Below the pieces are notes generated by a model. That model had not been told where the DNA came from. It searched no databases and was given only the letters and a program-made list of their open reading frames with translations. The translations under genes were made by a program, and so were the position numbers. A stretch of 63,965 nucleotides of DNA, counting the filler, from Psammoneis japonica (lineage: Eukaryota), in assembly GCA_008632985.1 (NCBI GenBank). It is 4 parts of 4 records of this genome, joined end to end, with 100 filler letters (N's around TTAATTAATTAA, not from the genome) between each part and the next. Parts side by side here need not be neighbours in the genome. Positions count along the whole stretch, not along the records: positions 1 to 29,857 come from QPGO01000387.1; 3 more parts are not named here. One strand, 5' to 3'. Of this stretch, positions 1 to 11,032 are shown one piece after another; position 1 is the stretch's first letter; the number at the start of each line of letters is the position of its first letter.

Positions 1-745
1 TTATACGATGACACGGAAAATGGCTCTGGTTCTGGATCGGTTCGATTGTTTCAATACAACCGCGGCTCCTCATCCTGGAACCAACTCGGACAAACACTCA
101 TTGGCCAAGCTGCTGATGATCGTTTTGGACGTTCCGTTTCCTTGAATGCGCAGGGAACCATTGTCGGCGTTGGAGCTGATGAAATGATTCGGGTGGAAAC
201 ATGCGGGTCAAGTGTCGGTGTTTGAATACAATTCTGCCTCGTCAAAATGGGATCCGTTGGGCAATCCAATCAATGGCCAAGTCGATTATGGTTGGTTTGG
301 ATGGTCGTTTCTCTTGACGACAGCGGTTTGATCGTGGCCGCGGGTGCACCTTTTGGCAACAACGAGAGAGTTTTGGTTTATTCGTACGACCGCTCGACTT
401 TGACATGGAAGCAACGTGGCCAAACTCTCTTGACACAACAGCCTGGTGATGATTTTGGTTACTCAGTGTCGTTGAGTGGCAATGGAAATGTCTTGGCGGT
501 CGGAAGCATTTGGCATGACGTCAATGGATCAAGCAACGTGGGTCAAGTTCGAATCTTTCAGCACGACAGCAATGCAGACGAATGGAAGCAAGTTGGAAAT
601 CCTTTAAATGGCAAGGCTGAGAAGATTTTGGATTCCGTTTCCTTGTCGGCCGACGGAAGCGTCGTTGGAGTTGGTGCACGGCTTGGCTGATGTCAATGGC
701 GACGATTCCGGATCCGCGTACGCATTCACGGTAAATGACAATTAG
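1..745 (+). CDS. 3' end (FG-GAP propeller repeats) of an upstream copy of the MLKL-like kinase receptor; 5' part lies outside the window
   Basis: Near-identical to ~14720-15471. Encodes FG-GAP-like repeats (DDRFGRSVSL, DDFGYSVSLSGNGNVLAVG) and ends ...SAYAFTVNDN with TAG at 743-745. Small indels break the frame. Confidence 0.8.
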
Positions 746-3474
746 AAAATGTATTTTGCGCTACATCCTCTTGTATCAATCACACTGTATTTTTTGTAGT
801 TTAGTTCATTTGGTAGACCGTACATTTGCGTCGTTTGGCTCGTGTCATTGTGTGCTGTTTTTCGCGTTTGTTCCAAAAATCAAAAAAGTCTGTCTGTCGT
901 GCGATTCCGCTAGTCTATCACGAACCACACATCACACACACACACATCACACATCGGCTCGCGGTCTTGAACAACCATGACGCTATCAACAGCACTACGA
1001 ATCATCATGTAACAACAACAACAACGATGTCATAACGTTTGGAGGANTCCGCCTCGTGAGTAGAACACATCAACAATGAGAGTTGTTTTGAACAAACTGT
1101 GTTGTTGTTGCATGAGTCGAATGCTGCCGCTTGTGAAAATCATTGACACGCTGCTGCTGCCACGCACGCTACAATATTGTTGTTGTACATGTCTACGCAC
1201 TCTCATACTCATCACTCCTTCTCTTTCACACACTCTCTCTCTCTCTCTCTTGACTACACGTAATGATTCACTTAAGTGTTGTCAAGACACACAAGTCCTT
1301 TGAGGGCTTGACTGCAGCCACCGGGGAGCATGCCCACAGAGTATGGAATCAGCAGCAGAGCCGGAACCAGTCAATCAAAAGTCAAACAACTGTCTCAGCA
1401 AGCACTCATAGGCATGGTGGAGCGAAGGTATTGTACGAGTATACTGGATGCAACCAACGAACGATTTCTGTGATGCGGTTCACGGTCGCTTCTATTCGGA
1501 TATGCTGCTGGAGAAACGCGTTGCTGCTGCTGCCACTGCTCCTACAAAGGACAATAGCGACTCGCTCGTGGCATGCGCAGCGAAAGCTCCTTTTTTGTTG
1601 GCTGTATCCTTGATGAATGTGATGTTGGAGAGAAACCAATGGTGCTGCCACGCACGCTGTTGTTGTTGTTGTTGTTGTTGTCATGCATGTCTACGTACTC
1701 TCTCAAACGAATTAAAAATGGCATCCATCCACACTAGTTTGGGCGTGCGACTCTGTGAATGTTGCTGAGCTCTTTCGAGATGTGGGCTTTGAACAACGCG
1801 TCGGTTATTATGCAGTGATGTGTTTTGAATGTACGTGTTTGATGTTGTTTCCATGTATTGCTGATTCATAACCATCTGCAGCGACCTGGGTGGTAATGTA
1901 TGGATTTTTTGGAAAAGAGTTGCAACTCGTATAAAGTGGATTGGAAACCACGTGTGTCTCGCGGTCGGACAGTTCTCCAGCACAAACCATGGCGGCGCCT
2001 GTTGGATATCATACAGTGAACAAGTAGCGGGTGGAACGGGCTTGTTGGGAACTGCTGTGGTGGGACTAGACGAAAAAGCGCGATGAGGAAATCAACATCC
2101 AAACAACCACAACCGAAGGGGGGTGCACGGTGCCGGTACTGCTACTACTACTACTACTGCTACTACTGTACGAACTATATAACAACAATGACACGGATGA
2201 TTATGACTTTGGAAATGTCGATATCTTTGTTTCGACCATTCCATCGACACCCGTCAATATTAACGATGACAACGACAAGAAGGATGACGAAGAGTATTAG
2301 TAGTATCAACAATGGCACTAATAACAATGGCGCGGTGGTGGAAATATCATTTCATCCTATGGAGACTTGAAAGCACGATTTGCCGATAAACTCAACAAAA
2401 AAAAGGGACCGCTTGGCTGCTTGTGGGATGTCTTTGTTCCTCCCTACTACTGCTGCGAATAATAAGGACAAGGACAATGAAAACCACTACCATGACCTTG
2501 GAGATGTCGATAGAGGAAGGGGTTCCTTTGATACCACATGCGTGGCGGAATATAAAAATGTACAATTGCAAGAACGAAACTGAATCCTCGAGACGGTTGG
2601 GAAGCGATGGAGGATGAAGTCGTGAATCATGAACGCTGCTCCGACTCGACTGTTGTTGCAAATAATATATTGTCGGCCTATACTGTGCAACCCGTCTGGA
2701 AGACACTCTCTGCATTGCTAAGGAGTATTTGTCTTGGAATCGGTAGAGCCTGAACCAGTGTCTCTCAAAAAGTCAAACTCCTGTCTCGGCAAACAATGCA
2801 GGCACGGTGGAGCAAGCACACTGGATGCAACGAACGATTCGTGACGTGGTCTTGGAATTTCTGCGCTCTCTTCATTTCGCCAGGCGCTTTTTTTGGATTT
2901 CCAAGGAACTCTCTAGACTGACTGCTCTCCACTCTCTAGCTGTAGCTCTAGAGATCCCTACATAAAGAGTAACACGTCCCCAGCTGCTAGTAGAGCCACT
3001 CTCTCACATGACAGTACAATAGAGAGAGTGTTTTAGACTTTTTTTATAGAGACAATAGAGGACGCACGCCGCATGCTATGCTAGCTAGCTGCTTTCCGTC
3101 CCAGCTTCGTGACACCACGTGTAAAAATTAACCCCCCATTTTTAAACAAATGCCCACCTCGATCGACTAACAGTAACCAGATACGAAGTTCAACACACTT
3201 TTTGGGGGCCTAGACTGGGGGTAAACGTTAGTTACTGACCAATCACTGAATGTTGACTCTCACACTTGCGACTCTCTCTCTCTCTCTCTCTAGAGTGGCC
3301 AGTGGCCTGCTCTCGCTCTCTCTGGAGGCAGAGCTAAAGCAGAGAACAGAGAGCAGGTCCAGAGAGCAGAGGCCACTGCTGTTGTTGCCATGGTGACTGC
3401 TGTTGCCATCGCTGCTGCTGTTGTGGCTCTGCCTCCTCTGCCAGTTTGCTGCTCTGTCATTGCACGAGCACTCN

Positions 3475-4400
3475 GATTCGAATGGGTCGAATTTCATTCC
3501 CGAGTCGTCGTGACTCGTTCATACGGTGCGTGTCTAGTGTTTTCCAATCAACCAGTTCATGCTTGTACCAGTCCGGGAATCCGTCATGTTGATGGGTGAA
3601 GTGGATTTCGCTGTCGCCATGAAACCTGCATGCGGCAACCGCGGCATTCATGCCGGTTCCGCATCGCTTCCAGTCGCGGTGCCGCCACATGCCTGCAACT
3701 CTTTTTTTGTGGGAGCCTTGTTTGCCTGTAAAGCGCTGCTCAATCAGAGCTGTCATTGGACGTGCAACCGATTCGTTTGGGTTGCCGGGGCCGTGTGTGT
3801 CGTCACAGTGAATGTCCGCATACCGCGTAAGTCGGAGCTGATCGCCTCGCATCATGGTCTGGCTGCAGCTGGTCCGTGCCACCGCCAAGTTCTTCCAAGC
3901 TGCAGACTGAACAACGCAGTTCAAAATTTTGTCCTCAGCAATGCGAGATAGAGCATCCGCAGGCAGCTTGTCGTGAGCTGATGCAAACTCAGTGAGCAAA
4001 TTTTGGGTGCATCGCTCCTTGTGTGCCACCAGAAGCGACGTCAACTGCCTCTGATCTCACAACGAATTTTGGATTGGGAGGTTTGTGCTCCTCCCAAGAT
4101 GAACAATGCTGCAGTGACCAAATGACATGCTTGGCCGACTTTGGCGTGACGTCTCTTTTTGACACTGCTTCCAAGAAGTGCCGGTCGACCTGGTCTCGCG
4201 TCAAGTGAGGCGGCCCCGACAGAGCCGGCGATTCGTCCACCCATCTTTTGCATGCACTCCACTCAGTGACAAAGTGCCATCCACCTTGGGTGGTGTGATG
4301 GTTTGGGCCAACAAGTCTCCCATGGAGACTAGAGACACCATCGTGTGGGTCTCTTCTTTGCATTTGTGACAGCCTCGAGGGATCGTTTTTGGGGTGCACC
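3475..4400 (-). mobile_element. Degenerate Crypton-like / NDC10-II-type tyrosine-recombinase-related element
   Basis: Minus-strand frames give HLTRDQVDRHF, MMRGD and GMWRHRDWKRCGTG...CRF. These resemble the RH(K/R)D..C..G..A...RF motif of NDC10-II/Crypton proteins once Y->H/C changes are reversed. Strongly TpA-depleted. Confidence 0.5.
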
Positions 4401-4784
4401 CACCTCGCTGTCAAAAGAAAAGAGGTTTTTGAAATCAAACGCTCACTTGTGGCGGTCGACAAGTGGAGTCGTTTCGAAACATGTTGACATTCGAGTGGGA
4501 AGAAAGAACATTTCGACAAGTGGATTTTGTGTCATGCCCTGTTCTGAAGGTTCTTGTCTTCACCAACCACAGGCCTGTCCGGGGTCCGGGAACCGGTTCC
4601 AGGGGTGGTTCCGGCGCCGGCCTCCTGCGGGCAGGAACTGCTGAGGACTCCCCCGGATGGCTCGGTCAACCCGTGATGTCAGGGGAAAGCGTGCCCCCCA
4701 ATCAGCGGTGGTTGTTCCTGCCAACCGAGGTCGCGCGACCCACCACTCGAGACTTGTGACTCAAAGTCACGAGCGCTCGTGCCA

Positions 4785-6100
4785 TTGAGACGACTCTCTC
4801 TCTCTCTCTCTCTCTCTAGAGTGGCCAGTGGCCTGCTCTCGCTCTCTCTGGAGGCAGAGCCAAAGCAGAGAACAGAGAGCAGGTCCAGAGAGCAGAGGCC
4901 ACTGCTGTTGTTGCCATGGTGACTGCTGTTGCCATCTCTGCTGCTGTTGTGGCTCTGCCTCCTCTGCCAGTTTGCTGCTCTGTCATTGCACGAGCACTCA
5001 CGAGCCATCGCATCCATGCCAAGCTCATCTCATCACTGTGTTGCATTGGTGACCACTCATTGCAGCTTTTCAAAGGCCACACTTGACAAAAACCAGAGCT
5101 GTGCACTTTGTGAAGAAATGCTGCAGATGTTTGGTTGGCCAGCTGCAGATCCGCAGCACACCAATGTGAAACATGATGCTGGTCAATTTCGGTTGACCCA
5201 GAGTTTTCAAACAAGCTGCCCATCACTTTTTTTTGCCTGGCTGCCCCCAACTCTGACTTTTCATTTTTGAGTCTTGCTGCAGTTGCTGGGTTTGTTTTGC
5301 ACGTGGCTCCTTCAGTGTTTTGCCAGTGCTTTGTCAAATCTTTCATGCCAGCCCTTGTTGGTGAGTTTCCTGCTTGAGCCTGGTTGGAGATCCGGGATTC
5401 CAGGAAACACAGCCTTGTGCACTTGCAGCAAAATGTCCAAATCTTGATTTGTTGTGCCATTTGCACATGCCTTCCAAGCAGTGTCACATCATCCACCCAC
5501 GACTTCTTTGTTCTTGAATCTCAACCCACAAATTTGCCAGCATGTCTTGTTCTCTGATTTTTCACTTCAGCACAGCTCTCTCCAACTCAAAACACTTTGC
5601 TGAGCACATCACAGTTGCTCTGTTGGAAGTCTCAAAAGGTCCCCTGGTGCCAAAGCTGGTGCAGCATCTCTTGCTTGGGCAATGGCAGCCCAGAGCTGGT
5701 CTTCAGCCATCTCATCACACTCGGTCACCACTGCAAGTCCAATCTCTTTGGCCAAAACTTTCTCTTGCACCACCACCTTTTTGCACTTCAACACAGTGGG
5801 TGCCAGAAATCTGGCTGCTGGCGGGTGGTGTCGCGACAAAGCAAAAGGCATGCTCCAATGTTTTGTGCACAGAGCTTCTGTTGTGATGGTCCAAAAAATG
5901 ACAAATGTTCAGACACCCATGACACCCTGTCAATGTCATCGTCAGCTCCCGCGGGTTTTGACAAGTTCTCCGTGCAGTGTCAGTTGTCACTGCGGTGATG
6001 GTCTGTGCGCTAATCCGGAGCACATCACCTGCCATGCCAATTTCGAATGATTGCGGTTGATGATTCGTTCGATTCGAGTCCGGGTTCTGAGCTCACCGAT
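4785..6100. mobile_element. Unclassified TpA-free repeat or TE remnant starting at a (CT)n tract
   Basis: No TA found by eye from 4819 to 6010; CpG also low. Overlapping spurious Cys/His-rich ORFs. No recognisable domain. Confidence 0.45.
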
Positions 6101-6264
6101 CATGGATTTACCGCACTGGATGGAGCCGCGGCCGTCGCAAAACAACACCATGATGCCTCTTTACCTCTCTTGTTGATACTACTGTAATTGCATTGTCATC
6201 ATGGCTTCGTGGTATACAGAAACAACAATATTGTCGTCGCTGTTGTCTGCTGCTTACGTCATAA

Positions 6265-8776
6265 CAACACCGATGCCGTTCAAGCATACCGGTCAAGCCC
6301 GGAAGCTTTTTCCAATTTCTAACCTATCTCTACGCGGAACGCAAGTTTATTCTTGTCATCTTGATTCACTTTGTTTGTACCATGGTAATTTGGGGTGAGT
6401 AGAGTATATTGTATGATTGAGTTGTGTGTGTGTGTGTGTGTGATTTGCTATACTCATCTCAAACATACCGCCGCACCTCTATACCGTACTCCCTAACATA
6501 ATACTACAGCACACTTCTTTGTGGTCAAGTTTCATCAACAAGAAAACAAAGTACCCGAGGACGCAAATCGATATTGGTGGAAACGTCTCGCTCCGCCACT
6601 CGAGTTTGGAGCCATGCATGCCATTTTGTTTCAAATGGCATTCCTACCGCTCACCATGGCTCGGCTCTCCATTGCGGCAGCCTCCAAAACATCTCTCAAT
6701 ACGTACTTTCCCTTCAACAAGAGTCAGCGCATTCATATTCATTTGGGATACGTCTTTGGGAGCATTGTTGTGATTGCCACGATTTTCTTTTTTGCCTTTT
6801 TTGGATTGCTTTGTTCCGATGGCGAACAAGCGTTTTGTGACAAGTTTACGTCGGAAATCATGATTACGGGGTACATTACCGTGGCCTTTGTCTTGATTAT
6901 CCTCTCTACATCATTCTTTCGAGATTACATGCCATACGAAGTCTTTTATGGCATTCATCATTTGGTATTTGCCATGTACCTGGTGGTCTTGTTGCATACG
7001 ATCGATATCAACGTTCGAAAGGACGGACAGAATCGGAGTCAAACCTTCAAGTGGTTTTCGGCGACACTCTTGTACTACGTTTCGGACCGCCTTGCCATGC
7101 GGCTTAATCATCGCTACAAGACGCGTGTCCTTCAAGCCAAAATTGTCAAGAATACAAAGTCGAGTATGATTTTGCTACAGCTCAGACGTCCGTCCTTGTT
7201 TCAATACGAACCGGGTCAGTACGCGCATCTTCGGTTTCCCGACATTGATTCGTATTGGCATCCCTTTTCGATTGGAAGCAGTCCGGATTCCAATGTGTTG
7301 GAGTTTTATATTGAAGTCTATGACGACAAATCGTGGACGGGAAAACTCTGTCAATTGTTGGGTAATGACGTTTGCCACGAGAATGTTCGTGTTCAAGTCA
7401 TGGGCCCGTACGGAACACGCTTGGGTGATACTCATCGATACTCTCATGCCATGGCTATTGGCAGTGGTTCTGGTGTGGTTCCCATCTTGGGTCTCTACAA
7501 AAAGCACATTTGTCAGCTACTCCGATTGGACCCACAAACATACTTTGAAGAACAAGCTCAAATGCATTCGCAACTCAAGCGTATGGAACGAGCGCGAGAA
7601 CAAACACGTGGATCGTGGCTCAACTACTTTTTGCGGTGTTCACCTCAACCGACCCGACACGAAATGGGCGTCATTTCTGGAATCTTTGATTCGAGCAATG
7701 CCGAAACCAAGGACTTGCGAGAGGCGGCCAAGCGTGCGTCCTTACCGATTTATGGCGTCAATATATTGATGCAACTGGTTGTCTTGGGAGTAATCATGTT
7801 GGGATTGACCTTGTCGTGGAATACCATGCCGTTTGAACTCTACGACGGCATGCGAGAAGTGTTGATTGTTGGCTCGATTGTGTTTCAAGGCGCCTTTGCC
7901 GTTGTGTCGATTGGATACTGGGACCGCGGCTCGTTGCTGGCGTATGTTGATGTTTTGATTGTCATTGCTGGTGCCGTGGCCAATTGGTATTGGTTTGAGT
8001 ACGACAAGTGGGCCAACTTTGAAGCGGCAGAGCATGTGTATTACATCTTGTTGTTTGGATACATGACGGCGCGGTTGTGGCATTCGGCCGTCAAGCCACG
8101 ATACTGTTCATTGCGGAGCAGCTTGGAACGACAACACACGAGTTCAGCATTGGACAAGCTGCACTTTGTTTGGATTACGCGTTCATCCACCAACGTTTTG
8201 AAGATTGCACCCACAATCATGCAAGAATGGAATGCGCTTGTTGCGGCGTGGGGATTGGAGAATGCCGTCAAGGTGTGTCAGGTTTCTATTTACGTTACCG
8301 ACAAGGACAAGGCCGCCGTGGGCTATCTCAAGCAGGAGTTGTCCAAGACGCCCCTTTACAAGCAAGGTGCATTCCATTATGAGCGTCCTGACATTTCCAA
8401 ATTGTTGGAAGAGCATGCCATGGAACGCATTTATGATGAGAGTCGTCCCACCTCGTCTACCCTCTTGTGCTTTTGCGGATCTCCCAAGCTATCATCAGTG
8501 ATAAGCAAAGCCAAGACCATTGTGGATATATCAACAATGATTACGGGAAACAAGTACCACCAAATGGATTTCGTTTCCGAGAGTTACAGTGCCTACACGA
8601 AGCGTCCGTCGTCGTCGAACAATAGCAACGCGGTAGTTGTCGCTGCCTCGGCAAAGACGCCACAGTACAGTGTCTTTATGGATTCACCCAGCTTTATGGA
8701 GAAGCAACATTCGGGAGATGAATTGGATACGACGGATACCTTTGAAGACAATGAGGACCACCTTATTTCCATTTGA
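6265..8776 (+). CDS. NADPH oxidase / ferric reductase-like flavocytochrome (red-algal/diatom RBOH type); intron 6395-6509; true start not resolved
   Basis: His-bearing TM helices (RIHIHLG; IHHLVF...LLHTID), FAD motif WHPFSI, GPYG, NADPH motif AIGSGSGVVP and C-terminal FCGS...ESY. About 4 extra hydrophobic helices sit inside the NADPH domain. The GTGAGT(6395)...CTAAC...CAG(6509) intron joins upstream exon PGSFFQFL...HFVCTMVIW in frame. Confidence 0.85.
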
Positions 8777-9069
8777 GACTACAGAGGATCGTGGACGGCA
8801 CGCAACTTTAGAATTGTTTTAGTTTACCTTGCGCATTTATAATTTATAACTACCTCAGCATACATTGATTGTCTTCAGCCTGTGATTCATAACTACCCCA
8901 GCATGCATTGATCGATTTCAGCTTTTGTGTGTTAGTCTTTTCAATTGAGAACTAGATGCATTTACAATGCCTCCAGTTCCATTTGAGATGTGCATCTGGC
9001 TTTTAGAGGCACATGCTGGGAAGCCATTTTGCTTCATTTTTCCTTGAGCAACTTCCACAAGAAGCTCGA

Positions 9070-9912
9070 AAATGCCCAACCTGGCCTGATTGCGAAACTT
9101 CTGCGTGCAGCCAAGATGGAAGACTGCAATGGATCTCCAACTCCTGCCCTTCCCATCTCTGTTGGCAGTGACACAGAAGGCCACCATTCGATGAACCTTG
9201 TGACTGCCGATCTGTGGTTGGCATGTTGATGCATCCAGTGCCCAACAGCTGTCTGGACATCATCTGCACTGCCCATCAATTTGCTTGGTTCTCCTGTGCT
9301 CCAAAAGCCTCCCATGCCATTGCTGTCCAATGCATTCTTTGACACTTGAAGGACACGACTGACAAAGGGCTCATCCCAGCCCCAACCATGGATCAACGAC
9401 TTGATTGTCATGTTGATGCCAATTTTGTGGGTCTCTTCCATGTTGAGGATGATCAGGTTCCTGCTTCTGTTAAGTCTCGCACAGGATGTCCAAGCTGCAG
9501 CGGCCCCTCATGGTTTTGTCTCTGCTGTTGGAGGCAGAGAATGTTTCTCTCCCAATCAATGCATGGCCTCATTCCCCTTTGTGAGATCTTGAAGGAAATC
9601 AATGCACATGCTTTTGGTCAGCTGGACAGGAAGAATGGCATCACCACACATGCCAAGGCTTTCCAACCCACCAACGATGGAACCAATTCACCCCCATTGC
9701 CTCTGCCAGCATCAGCTTGCTCACACGCCAAAACTGTCCCCACAAACCAAGCACACCATCATGCCTTGTCACCAGTTTTGTGCTGAAGTTGAGGCTTTGG
9801 AGATCAAGATTGAGCCTGTCAGCTCTGCTGCACAGCTTGCTGACCAGTTTGCTGGGGGTTTGACTGCTGCTGATCTGTTCTGCACTTGTTGTGGGGCCCT
9901 CATGGGCTGGCG
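9070..9912 (+). mobile_element. Ty1/copia (CoDi-like) RT/RNase H remnant, heavily mutated
   Basis: QPGLIAKLL...TPALP...CRSVVGMLM...LDCHVDANF...KSRTG...QLADQF...LMGW. Same family as 62737-63965. Both TpA and CpG are depleted; the depleted tract spans ~8990-10640. Confidence 0.85.
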
Positions 9913-11032
9913 ACTGTTTGTCCTGCTTCTCTTGATTTTGCAGGCAGGCTGGGAGAAAATGAGTCAATTTGCTGCTGTTCTGTTGCTTTCCCCAAACAAC
10001 AATGGCAAGTCTGCCACCCGTGGCAGAATGTGCAATCAAGGAATTGCTGCGGCAACATGAAGAAAACGCAGCAAGCCACCAAGGAAGAAGAGTGTCCGTC
10101 AACGGCTGTTTTGAAGGTCCTGCTTCACTTGAGCTGCACCAATGTAAAAGTGATGCAGGCTTCACACTTTTTCATCTTGCAGTCTTCTTTGCAAACATCC
10201 TTTTGAAATGCCTGGCACCACGTGCAAAGCTTTTGGGTCCATCAGGAATGAACCGCTCTCACAGCTCTTTTTGTGCTCGATCGACGACAATGGGGCGAAC
10301 AACCCAAGGTCCAAATTGTCATGGGTCTTTTTGGCAAATGCAAATGACTGTGCACCGGAGTGGAGTGGCTTTCCATGAGACAACAAACGCCAACGTTGGA
10401 AAACAAGGGTGGGTCTTTTTTCAACAATGGCAGACTTGACAACATGCATTGATTGACCAAGGTGGCAAAACACGCCACGTGTGCACCAACAACAGCATCA
10501 TCATTTCTGCTCGACAACAACAGGGGATGATTTCGATTGGTGTTGTTGGTTTGGTTGTTGATGTTGAAGTGAAGTGCGGCATTGGCGGCCTCTCTTTTTG
10601 GCACGCACCGGCCGGCTGGCACGCACCGGTGTGACTGCACCTATGTGGGTGACAGACGGACGGACCAACCGGATGGCCACATAGTACGCCCGCCTAAAAC
10701 CAACATGCGTGCAGCGCAACGCTTGAACCGCACGATCGTTCATCGCGGGAATAAGCATGCAAGCAGTTGGAAGTTGAAGTTATTGGTTATTGTTCTGTTG
10801 TTCTTCTGTTATCCCATTGCTTCATTTAATTCGTTCCTGCCCTTGTCTCAAGGGCAAGCGTCGCTGTTCTACAGCATAATCGATCTCGCCTTGTTGCCAT
10901 TGTGTTGGTGCCTGTCTCCTTTGCAGTTGCGTTTCTGCTGAGCAGAGGAACCACCTCTTGTCTCGCGTCTCACCGATCCGGACTCCGCAATTTTGATTCT
11001 GCATCTCGCAGAAAGACACAAAAACAGCAGAC

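Noticed and set aside
750..2900. Short ORFs in the microsatellite-rich spacer as genes
   Set aside because: The region is low-complexity (ACA, TGT, CTA, CT repeats) with internally duplicated fragments and no recognisable domain. At most it is a gene relic.
3270..3474. ~200-bp direct repeat with 4795-5000 as LTRs of the Crypton-like element
   Set aside because: It is absent at the equivalent position in unit 2 (18420-18620) and ends at an N. It is probably a misjoin or local rearrangement at the (CT)n tract.
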